DNA of 64,000 bases from Squalus acanthias (lineage: Eukaryota): the NCBI GenBank assembly GCA_030390025.1, contig CM059433.1, positions 133,982,001 to 134,046,000 on the forward strand. Reading direction: 5' to 3'. The translations under genes and the position numbers were made by a program. The notes under the pieces are model-generated. The model was not told where the DNA came from, did not search any database, and worked only from the letters and a program-made list of their open reading frames with translations. Every line of letters begins with the position of its first letter. The stretch's first letter is position 1. Below are positions 37,961 through 49,719 of the stretch, piece by piece.

Positions 37961-39721
37961 TTTGAAGGCAACAAACTTTCCGTGGAGTACTACTACAGTC
38001 ATGCAAAAGTAGGTTATTCAAGCGACATGTAACTCTATTATAGATGGTACACATAATATTCCTACCTTTGTACTGCCCTACTGAGCATTAATCTGCAGTT
38101 ACAGAATCAAAACAGCTTACAGTAGACAATATACTGTATGTCCAGTTGAAATATTTTCAGCAAGAATATTAATTAACAGCAAGAGTACTACTAGCTGTAA
38201 AGGTTACTCAATTAAATAGGTTGAAAGGAAGAACGAACAAACTCGCATTTTCTACAGCACCTTTCTTGTCCTCAGGATGTCCCAAAGCACTTCAAAGCCA
38301 ACAAAGCACTTTTGAAATGTAGTCACTGGCAGCCAACTTGTGCACAAACAGCAATGAGATAAATGACCAATTAATCTGTTTTATGGCAGTCTGTGGCAAA
38401 CAGTCAAAGAATTAATTCACAATTCGCAATGAATATACATTCCCTTGAGAAATTAAAAACCCCATGGAAAAAGTGGTCCAACCATAGCTGACGGGAAGTT
38501 AGATAGTATTAGATTATAATGTTGCCAGAAAGAGTAGTAAGCCTGAGGATTGGGGGGATTTTAGAATTCAGGAAACTGATAAAGTAAGAGAAAAGAATAT
38601 GAGAGTAAACTAGCAAGAGACATAAAAACAGATTGTAAAAGCTTCTATAAGTATGTAAAAAGTGATTAGCAAAAGTAAACATGGGCCACTTACAGGCAGA
38701 GACAGGAGAAATTATAATGGGGAATACGGAAATGGCAGAGACATTAAACAAATACTTTGTATCTGTCTTCACGGTAGAAGACACAAAAAACATTGCGGAA
38801 ATAGTGGGGAACCCAAGTGTCTAGTGAGAATGAGTAAATTAAAGAAATGAGTATTAGTAAAAAAAAAATAGTACTGGAGAAATTAATGGGACTAAAAGTC
38901 GACAAATCCCTAGACTTAATGGCTTACATCCTAGGGCTTTAAAAGAGGTGGCTAGAGATAGTGGATGCATTGGTTGTCATTTTCCAGAATTTCCTAGATT
39001 CTAGAACGTTCCCTGTGGATTGGAAGGTCGCGAACGTAACCCCGCTGTTCAAGAAAGGAGGGAGAGAGAAAACAGGAAACTACAGGCCAGTTAGCTTGAT
39101 ATCAGTAGTAGGGAAAATGCTAGAATCTATTATTAGGGACGTGGTAACAGGGCACTTAGAAAATCCTAATAGGATTGGGCAGAGTCAACACGGATTTATG
39201 AAAGGGAAATCGTGTTTGACAAATCTGTTAAGAGTTTTTTTTTGAGGTTGTCACTAGCAGGGTAGATAAGGGGGAACCAGTGGATGTGGTGTACTTGATT
39301 TTCAAAAAGCATTTGATAAGGTTACACACAAGGGGTTATTACACCAAATTAGGGCTCATGGGATTGGGGTAATATAGTACCATGGATTGAGGATTGTTTA
39401 ATGGACAGAAAACAGCGAGTAGGAATAAATGGGTCATTTTCGGGATGTAACTAGTGGAGTGCCACAAGGATTAGTGCCACAGCGATTTACAATCTAAATT
39501 AATGACTTAGATGAGGGGACCAGGTGCAACGTATCCAAGTTCTCTGACGATACAAAGTTAGGTGGGAAAGTAAGCTGTGAGGAGGACGCAAACAGGCTGC
39601 AAAGGGATACATACAGACAGGTTAAGTGAGTGGGCAAGAACATGGCAGGTGGAATATAACGTGGAGAAATGTGAAGTTGTCCACTTTGGGAAGAAATAGA
39701 AAAGCAGATTATTTTTTAAAT

Positions 39722-41461
39722 TTTTTAAAATTCGTTCATGGGATATGGGCATCGCTGGCAAGGCCAGCATTTATTGCTCATCCCTAATTGTCCTCGAGAA
39801 GGTGGTGATGAGCCGCACTCGTGAACTGTGTGGTGAAGGTACTCCCACAGTGCTGTTACAGAGGGAGTTCCAGGATTTTGACCCCGCGACGATGAAGGAA
39901 TGGCGATGTACTTCCAAGTCAGGATGGTGTGTAACTTGGAGGGGAACTTGCAGGTGATGGTGTTCCCATGCGCCTGCTGTCCTTGTCCTTTTAGGTGGTA
40001 GAGATCGCGGGTTTGGGAGGTGCTGTCAAACAAGCCTTGGCGAGTTGCTACAGTGCATCTTGGAGATGGTACATATTGCAGCCACGGTGCGTCGGTGGGA
40101 GGGAGTGAAAGTTTAAGGTGGTGGATGGGGTGCCAATCAAGTGGGTTGCTTTGTCCTGGATGGTGTCGAGCTTCTTCAGTGTTGTTGGAGCTGCACTCAT
40201 CCAGGCAAGTGGAGAGTATTCCATCACACTCCTTACTGTGCCTTGTAGATGGTGGAAAGGCTTTGGGGAGTCAGGAGGTGAGACACTCGCCACAGAATAC
40301 CCAGCCTCTGACCTGCTCTTTTGTTGCCACAGTATTTATGTGGCTGGTATGGTTAAGTTTCTGGTCAATGGTGACCCCCAGGATGTTGATGGTGGGGGAT
40401 TCAGCGATGGTAATGCCGTTTAATGTCATGGGGCGGTGGTTAGACGCTCACTTGTTGGATATAGTCATTGCCTGCCACTTGTGTGGCGCGAATGTTACTT
40501 GCCACTTATTAGCCCAAGCCTGAATGTCGTCCAGGTCTTGCTGCATGCGAGTATGGACTGCTTCATGATCTGAGGAGTTGCAATTGGCACTGAACACTGT
40601 GCAGTCATCAGCGAACATCCCCACTTCTGACCTTAAGATGGAGGGAAGGTCATTGATGAAGCAGCTGAAGATGGTTGGGCCTAGAATACTGCCCTGAGGA
40701 ACTCCTGCAACAATGTCCTGGGGTTGTGATGATTGACCTCCAACAACTACAACCAGTTTCCTTTGTGCTAGGTATTACTCTAGCCAGTGGAGAGTTTTCC
40801 CCCTGATTCCCATTGACGTCAGTTTTACTAGGGCTCCTTGATGCCACACTTGGTCAAATGCTGCCTTGATGTCAAGGGCAGTCACTCTCACTTCACCTCT
40901 GGAATTCAGCTCTTTTGTCCATGTTTGGACCAAGGCTGTAATGAGGTCTGGAGCTGAGTGGTCCTGGCAGAACCCAAACAGAGCATCAGTGAGCAGGTTA
41001 TTGGTGAGTAAGTGCTGCTTGATAGCACTGTCGCCGACACCTCCCATCACTTGGCTGATGATTGAGAGTAGACTGATGGGGCGGTAATTGGCCAGATTGG
41101 ATTTGTCCTGCTTTTTGTGGACAGGACATACCTGGGCAGTTTTCCACATTGTCGGACAGATGCCAGTGTTGTAACTGTACTGGAACAGCTTGGCTAGAGG
41201 CGCGGGCTAGTTCTGGAGCACAAGTCTTCAACACGACAGCCGGGATGTTGTTGGGGCCCATAGCCTTTGCTGTATCCAGTGCGCTCAGCCGTTTCTTGAT
41301 ATCACGTGGAGTGAATCAAATTGGCTGAAGACTGGCTTCTGTAATGGTGGGGACCTCAGGAGGAGGCTGATATGGATCATCCACTCAGCACTTCCGGCTG
41401 AAGATAGTTGCAAACGTTTCAGCCTTGTCTTTTGCACTCACATGCTGGGCTCTGCCATCAT
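39722..41461 (-). mobile_element. 5'-truncated copy of the second CR1-group (tRNA-headed) LINE
   Basis: Encodes MGPNNIPAVVLK...NYRPISLLS...ALDIKAAFDQVWHQG...; collinear with 60697-62715. Confidence 0.92.
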
Positions 41462-41540
41462 TGGGGATAGGGATGCCTTACTACAATTATATAGGGCCTT
41501 GGTAAGACCACACCTGGAGTACTGTGTACAGTTTTGGTCT

Positions 41541-42015
41541 CATAGAAACACAGAAGATAGGAGCAGGAGTAGGCCATTCGGCCCCTCGCGCCTGCTCCGC
41601 CATTCGATGAGATCATGGCTGATCATCCAAACTCAGTACCCTGTACCTGCCTTCTCCCCATATCCCTTGATACCTTTAGCTTTAAGAAATATATCTAACT
41701 CATTCTTGAATATATTTAATGACTTGGCCTCAACTACCTTCTGTGGTAGAGAATTCCACAGGTTCACCACTCTCTGGGTGAAGAAATTCTTCCTCATTTC
41801 TGTCCTAAATGGCTTACCCCTTATCCTTAGATTATGACCCCTGGTTCTGGACTCTCCGACCATCGGGAACATTCTTCCTGCATCTAGTTTGTCCAGACCT
41901 GTCAGAATTTTATATGTTTCGATGAGATCCCCTCTCATTCTTCTATACTCCAGCGAGTATAAGCCCAATCGACCCAATCTCTCCTCATATGTCATTCCTG
42001 CCATCCCAGGTATCA
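41541..42015 (-). mobile_element. Young CR1 3' fragment
   Basis: ORF 41633-42004 is open to ...GIKGYGEKAGTGY, the same subfamily as 31385-35620. Confidence 0.93.
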
Positions 42016-44489
42016 GCCTTACCTAAGGAAGGATATACTTGTTTCCCCTGGCTCGGGAGTCTAGAACTAGGTCACAGTCTCAGAATAAGGGGTCGGCCAT
42101 TTAGGTCTGAGATGAAGAGAAATTCCTTCACTCAAAGGGTTGTGAATCTGTGGAATTCTCTGCCCCAGAAAGCTGTGGATGCTCAGTTGTTGAGTATATT
42201 CAAGACAGAGATTTTTGGATACTAAGGGAATCAATGGATATGGGGTTAGTGCAGGAAGGTGGAGTTGAGGTAGAAGATCAGCCATGATTTTTTTGAATGG
42301 CGGAGCAGGCTCAAAGGGCCAAATTGGCCTACTCCTGCTCCTATTTCTTATGTTCTTATGTTTTGTGATGTTGGTTGAGTGATAAATGTTGGCCAGGACA
42401 TAAGGAGAGCTCCCCTACTCTTCTTCGAATACTACCATGTCAGTGGTTTTAATGCCTCATCCAAAAAGATGGCACTCCTGACAGTGCAACAGTCCCTCAG
42501 TGCTGCACTGAAGTGTGCTAAAGTCTCTGGAATAGGGCTTGAACCCACGACCTTCTAACTCAGAGGCCAGAGTACTACCACTGAGCCAAGGCTGACACCA
42601 ATTACATTTAGAAATGTATTATGGTAATCTTGTGGGAAGTTAGCTGTGTAGGACGGATGGATCAATGGTTTTCTCCTGCCTGAAAGTGTTACTATGTTAC
42701 ATATAATGCAGTATAAATAGAATTATGGATGGCTGGGAGTAATAAGGCTGAATTTATTATTGGGGTTCAAATGACAAGGCGTAACAGAATGTGACTTAGG
42801 AAGGTCTCCTGTTCACTGCATTAAATGACAACCCTCTTACTTAACTTAATTTTAAATACAATATATACATCATGTATAAAGTAATTAATTGACTTAACTC
42901 AGACTACAGCGGTCAAGCCATTAACTCAGAGGGAATTAAATGACAAACCATGAGCAAAGCTCAAGATATTTTTCTAAAGTCATCTGAACCTGGAAAGCAT
43001 GAAACACACTACAAGCAATTACTCCCAGAAACTAATGCAGGCAGAGTTGCTGAGATACATTTTTTTGGCACGTATCTTTCCCAGCAGGTATCACAGTAAA
43101 TGACAAAAAGCTCCTGCAATTTAAACTATTTTACCACATGATTTGAAATGGAGTGCTATCACATATTACTGCTTTATTTCAAGGAAATAGTGCATGTTGT
43201 TCATACATTATTGTCTCCGTGAAATGAAGCTGATGACGGTTCAAATTAACACAAAGTTGCATCCATTGAAGACAACAGCTATTGTGACATCGCCATGGAC
43301 TAATATTGTCACACGACAATATAACAATGGAAGTACTTTGCAGAACGAACACAGAATTAAGTTTCCTAATGTAAAACTAATGGAGCAAGTGATCACCTAA
43401 ATATGTCTGTTCTATATTGCTGCACTTCAAGCAGAACTGTGCAAGACTGATCTCCCATTAATGTTTTCAACAGGGAAATCTGTGTTTGTAAGTTTTCATT
43501 ACACAGAAAATTATGCTCCTGTCAAATGCACATCTGCAACTTTGTGAACCTAAAATCTCCAACTCAATGACAAATTATTCAGAGACTACGATAGGTTCCT
43601 TCTACCTAAACCGTGGGAATTATTCACTAGCCTGTGTGCACTGCAGTTACAGCTTGTTGCATGACTAAACAAAGTATTAACCTGGTGAATGATCTACTGC
43701 AATGCAATTCAGGAGGCCACAAGGGATCTCAGTCACTTTTTTGCTTGGGCCATGCTGCATTATAGCACTGTATTTTAAAAATTTGTTGGATGTAAGCAAC
43801 ACAATCGCTTTACCATTCTTCTATGCCACAGGATTTCCTTAGGTTGTGTCAGTTACCACAGTCCCCAATTGAATGAATCTGCAGTTTCCTCTATGACACA
43901 CAGAGGAAGTACTGAAAAACCCACGACTAAGACAACAGGAACCACATGGAGAAACCAAGCTGCTGCACTGATTGAGCTGGTTTTAGTACTTCCACTTCCT
44001 GCACCCACAAATAGTAACTAGCTGTGTTAGACACTTCAGAACAAAATTTCAACTGTATTATTGATAATGTACAAAAATATATTTGTCCTACATAGTAGGG
44101 AATATGTTGAACAGACAGAGTTCAAGTGGCTAATTATGGCTTGGGGGAAAAAAGAGTTGGATGCATATCTGGTTAGAAACAAGATTGAGGGTTAGGAGGA
44201 TAAGTACAGGTTGAGATAAGCAAATGTTGCTTGGAATCTCTTGGTTCCTGAGCTGCACGATCCATAGAAATGTCACATCAAGGAAAGCAACTGGAATAAC
44301 ACAGGACGTAAAGCTGCTGAGTTATCCTGGAGTTTTGTTCTATTTACCTTTTGAAGGGCAGGGAGAAACTGCAGAATCCTTCATCAGAAGGTTAAATAAG
44401 TTGGGTAGATTTTACGATAGTAGAAAATAAATCACTGGAAAGAACAGGTTTGCAAGGCCAAGTGGTCTTTCCTCATTCAATGTTTTAAA

Positions 44490-44604
44490 ATGTTTCCTAC
44501 ATTACAACAGTGACTACACTTCAAAAACTACTTCATTGGCTGTAAAGCGCTTTGGGACAGCCGGTGGTCATGAGAGGCGCTATATAAATGCAAGTCTTTC
44601 TTTT
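44490..44604 (+). mobile_element. DeuSINE 3' end
   Basis: tttcctacattacaacagtgactacacttcaaaa...gcgctatataaatgcaagtctttc. Confidence 0.85.
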
Positions 44605-46834
44605 TAATATATACTCAGTTCAAATCACGTTCAATTTAAAAATAACTAAGTTTTGTATTTTCAGTTTGTAGTATTACAAGCTTCGAAGTTCTTGCTATGG
44701 CTGTTGGCCATCATGGTGGAGAGAATGGCAGAGGAGGAAGACAAATTGTAAGCACAGCGACCCAGTTAAGACCAGAGGAATAAAAAGCAGACAAGCCCAC
44801 AATAGAGCTTCAAAGCCCCAAAGTCTTATTACGCCAACATTCTTTTCACTAAAGTTGTTAAGCCTTTCAGAGCCCATGTTCTAGAGTCAACATCACATGT
44901 GGCTTATGGATCTCAACAGTGGTGCAATACACTATTATCTGTGTCTCTCCTGCTGCCCCTACAAGATTTCTTGACAGTGTATATTATACTAATTAAGCAG
45001 TATATTTACCCATGCGGCTCAGTGAGCCTAAACACTTTATAAACTAATGATTAAAAAGTGATTTCACTCTTATGAAGGAGTTTGGATAAACCCATGATTA
45101 TAGAGTAGTTTCACTCTCACCAAGGAATTTAGGTAAACTCCTCCTCCATTACTAAGAGGCAAACTTCTGAAACTGCAATGGTAATGAGAAAGGGGGGGTG
45201 TAAATGAGAGAGAAAACAGAGGGAAGACAAGTATAAAATGGGAGTGAAGTTAGAAATAAAATAAAACAAACTACTTCACAGGTTGCCAATATGCTTTACC
45301 CAAACACTGACCTATTCTAAAGGATGAATGCATTTTTTGATTAATAGAACACAATTTTCTCATCAGTCTCACCCGTAATAAAATCTTAAGACCTTTAGGA
45401 ACAATTTGTGGCAAAACTGACTGCTCTATTATTTGTGACTTCCAACTTATTGCAAATATTCAAAATACATTTGCTCTTACCCAAACAGCTATGACTGCAC
45501 AGCTGCAACAGTATCTTTCCAAAGGCAAAAATGGAGTGGCTTCCTCCCCCACCCCAGCAAACAAAAAATTCTTTGCAATTTGATTTTTTTCCCCCACTCT
45601 GTATAAGGTACAATTATTGAGCATTTAAAATATTAAGGCCCAAATGAGAAGACTGTTTCAAAACCAGTTACACAGCTAGTGAAATTTTTTAGTTGCACTA
45701 AAAGTGAATTAGGTCTGCAATTTGGACCGTGGTACAGGCACAATAAGTAGCTGCTGCTGCTTTCAGATCTAGAGATTTTACACAACCTGCACTGCCTTCC
45801 AAAATGCAGAACTGATTTGTGCCAACACCGTTTAGTTATGAGCCTTTTCATTAGTGACACAACCAAGAAAACTTCTCATTTTGGTAGTGTACCAGCACAG
45901 ACCATTTACTGTAAATCGTGATGCAGGACAAGAACGAGAGAGATGATTCTATGGCTCAACATTCGATAATAGACTGACTGGGAGGAAAGGCTGAACTGAA
46001 TGCAAGGTCACACAAGCAGTACAAAGAATATCTGAAATCAATAATGACTTTTTTGGGGGAGGAAGGGAAGTAATGAAGTGTAATCAAGATACTGTTCATT
46101 TTGACCCTTATATATTCCTTAAAATCTGTACTACTTTGGGGACATTTTATTCATAATAAATATTTATCAAAGGAAATACCTGCCTCACATTTGGGTGTGT
46201 ACAATAAGTGACAGTAGAGTTCCGGATATATAACCATCGATTATTTATTTAGCAGGCTCTTAACAAAACTTCCACTGTGGAATTAAGTTAAGCCTTCACG
46301 TCATGCCTTGCATAATGCTGAGAGAGTCAAGCTAATGGCTAATGGAAAAACATTCGTGCAAACAGCTGCTGTATATTGTGCGCTCAAAAAGTTAACATTA
46401 ACTGACTCACTGCGACATGTGACATTTTATTAAAGTATCTTAGACCAATTACAACAAAGCAACTGAAAATATTCTATCCTGCTACATGGGGGAGGGCAGG
46501 AGCGTTTGGAGCTGCAGCTGCTTAAATATTAGGCACTGTTGCAGATTTTTGCACAGCTACCACATGTATGCCATCAGCAATTATATGCAGTAAGGCAATG
46601 CTTTCCCTTTAATTAGTGTTGCAGATGATATTGTACCCTTCAAACAAATTAGAATTTTTCACCCATTTTAAAATGTTTGATTATACAATAAATTCAAGCA
46701 TTACTCCTTCCCTCCTCCTCCAGTTAACTGTAATACCCTTGACGGGAGTACAGTAAAATAAATTTGTTACTGTTCATGGACTGAAGACAGCTTGAAGTGA
46801 GGAGGTTGGGTACAAATTAGCACACTGCACTCGT

Positions 46835-46918
46835 ACATACACATAGAATAGAATACAGCACAGAAAAAGGCCATTTGGCCCATCGTGCCTGTGCCGGCTC
46901 GTTGAAAGAGTTATCCAA
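46835..46918 (-). mobile_element. CR1 3' tail fragment
   Basis: cagcacagaaaaaggccatttggcccatcgtgcctgtgccggctc matches 11585-11645. Confidence 0.75.
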
Positions 46919-47214
46919 GACTCTGTCCTGGGGCAAGTGACAGACTAATCTCAATTTATCTACTGATCCACAATAAGCAGAACCCCACAGGAATATATAA
47001 CTTACAAACACAGACTTTTGATTAGATCACTGAAAATAACACCCCAAATTTATTCTCTTATGCACAAAGTTTAAAAAAAAAATCATTTCACTTTTAAGAA
47101 GTTGCCTCAATTATTTCCATATAAGATCAGCTTTTACTTATGAAAAGGTTGCAATTTACAAACACTACCTACATGCTTATGACAGATCACTGGGTTGCAC
47201 ACCGACATAAAATG

Positions 47215-47445
47215 AAAAGTTAGAACTTTTTCACACTATGGGTCTTTCGAATAAGGAATGCATTACATTAGTAGCTATTGAAGCTGAGTCAATCACAACA
47301 TTTAAAAGGGAATTAGGCAAAACAGTCAAAGACAAACATTGAAGGATACAGGGAAAGAGCAGGGAACTGACAGTACAGTAGATGGCTCTGTCATGTAGTC
47401 AGAACAGGTATAAGTAAACTAGCCTCCTCCTGTGCTGAAATGTCT
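47215..47445 (+). mobile_element. Old CR1 3' end
   Basis: ggaatgcattac...gaagctgagtcaatcacaacatttaaaagggaattagg...ggatacagggaaagagcaggg...gcctcctcctgtgctg. Confidence 0.65.
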
Positions 47446-49719
47446 ATAAACTTGAAAATATATTCACAAAACATTGTCCAAACCAGACCAATCAATCAAT
47501 CACACGCTACGCCACATTTGTCAGTATCTCAAACACATTCCGTTCTTTGTTGTGGCGGCTCGGTACTACCCAAAGCAAAACCTCGATTAGCAGAAACGGA
47601 AGTCTGGAACCATTACTTAAAATGTCAGATATAAGCCCCAATGGCCATGTGTGCAAGTGGTAACAAAAAAGAAATGTATAAACCATCCATTCTCAGGTTA
47701 AAGGATCAGATTTTGTCAGTTAACAACTTTTTTGAAAAAATGTTAAGTGCGAGGATAAAGTAGTTATAGAAAACAGATTGAAAGCAGCAGAATAGAAAAT
47801 ATTTTTTAAGTTGCTGAACAAGGACATTTTCAAACATGCTTTATTACTACGAATTAATTCATGCAATAATTTGAGGAAAATATCTCAAACATTACACATA
47901 GACTGCTACTTAATTGATGATTTCCACACACAAGTTGGATTGCCATCAATTTGTTGGTATTTACCAGTGGTAATCTCAAATTTGCTTGGACACAACTGCA
48001 TAGAAGCCTTTGTGTATTTTTTCCCCAGATTCAACGGATGTCTGACACACACAGAAATCTATCGCCGTGCGCAACAGTCTCCAAACCAAGCTACTCAAGA
48101 ACTCTATATGGGTAGACTTTGTTTGGCAATAATCAAGGTATAGGAAACCCAAAATGTGCACACAGTTACTGTTGCGAGTTTTACCAGCTAGAACAATGCT
48201 CCAAAAACGTTACTTTAAAAAAGGTTGGAGAGGCAAACAAAACTAGAAATTTGCATAGCTGTAGAAGCCAAAATGAAGCAGAAAAAAATTCTTCCAGTAC
48301 AAGATCATCGAAGAACTGAAGACCTCAACAGAGTCAAAACTGAGCTAAAAGTTAATACACAAAATTTTCCACTCGTAGCACTTCTTGGAAGCTATGCCAT
48401 CTATCATAAGAAGCTCGACAACTAAATTAATGACCTTGACGCCCAAGACAGATTCAAAATCCCCAGAGATGGACAATATATACCCATGGGTAAAAGAGTG
48501 AGACTCGGAACAAAATTGTCAATGAATTAGAAAGATGCCAATGCAGTAACCTATTCTTAAAAAGGCAACAACAACTGGTAAAGTAACAGAATCAGTCATT
48601 ACGAGCAAATTTAAGATTGTCACTTTTGAAATTATTTTCAAATAGGTAATCACCCCCCTCCAAATAAGAAGTCATTAATTGGCCTTATTATACACAATAG
48701 TAGCAGCAGTGATCCAGATACCATGTTTGCCACATAACCTGTAGTCATTAACTTCTACAACCTGCACATCAACTAGTGATGAGTCAACAAGACCTGGAAA
48801 CAAATTTCTCTTGCATCTGGTTAGCTTGTAACTGCACCATACACACACAGAATGGCCAAAGACAATAGAGATTGCTGCTAAGGCAGGCATTCAGCAGTCC
48901 TAACTAGGCGGGCCTTAGACTCTCAAAACTTTGCAGTCATGCTCTTTCCTCTATCATCTTCTGCAACTGAAAGTCAGCCCATTACCAGTAGCCAGATATG
49001 GAAATTGTGTGATGAGACAAGATTACATGCAGGATCTTTAGCCTCTGATGATTTTACAGACAAACCCAAAGAAGTTGTACCTCTGCCACTGTTTTTCACT
49101 ACAACAATAAGAGTTATAATAGATCAATGCAACCTTTACAACCAACGACATACCACAGCCATGAAGACTAAATGCAGCAAAGCCTTTCCACAACCTGCCA
49201 AAGTTGCAAAGTCAATGATGTTGATAGAATCCATCTAATTACTTTTAGCAAGTATTCTGGTTTAGTTGAACATTTCATTTTTAGGCAAAGGACACATTAA
49301 AAAAAGTGTGCACTACAAAACTTCCACAACATTATTTAACTGCAAGACCGTTTTACCAGCAAGAGTGAGAAAGTTGCAGATAAACCTCCACCAATCCTCA
49401 AGCCTCCCTGGAACCCGCACTCTGATATGTGCTGCAATTGAAATTGTTTTAGTAGCCCTTCCTATGCCTCCACTAAGAATAAAACATGAAAAATGTTTTT
49501 AAACTATGCACCTCTTCCTCTATATGTATCTATATTAATATTACATACACAGTGTGCATATGGTATGCAGGTATACACAGTTATTTTAGAAACAAGTTAT
49601 CCTATTAAAGCAGGAGGATCAATATACTGGCAAGGACCTCACTGTGGTACCGTTACAACTTGGGGCGGATGACAGGCAGTCAAGTTGGCAGCAGCCATGG
49701 TTTTTGGCGAAACACGGCC

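Larger units (their letters stand above)
38383..42360 (+). mobile_element. CR1 ORF2 plus tail, interrupted by two antisense LINE insertions
   Basis: CR1 pieces at 38383-39720, 41462-41540 (LYRALVRPHLEYCVQFWS) and 42017-42360 (resumes at ccttacctaagg, then the tail). Confidence 0.9.
38228..42598 (-). mobile_element. DeuSINE split by nested LINE insertions (pieces 38228-38382 and 42360-42598)
   Basis: The left piece ends ...aattaatctgtttt and the right piece resumes tgttttgtgatgttggttgag, contiguous in intact DeuSINE copies. Confidence 0.8.

Noticed and set aside
44665-44747. Candidate plus-strand exon (ttttcag acceptor, gtaagc donor)
   Set aside because: Open in two frames but unrecognisable and without partner exons; RNA-seq would be needed.
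48939-49238. 99-aa plus-strand ORF
   Set aside because: No homology evident; more likely the antisense of a very old LINE remnant.
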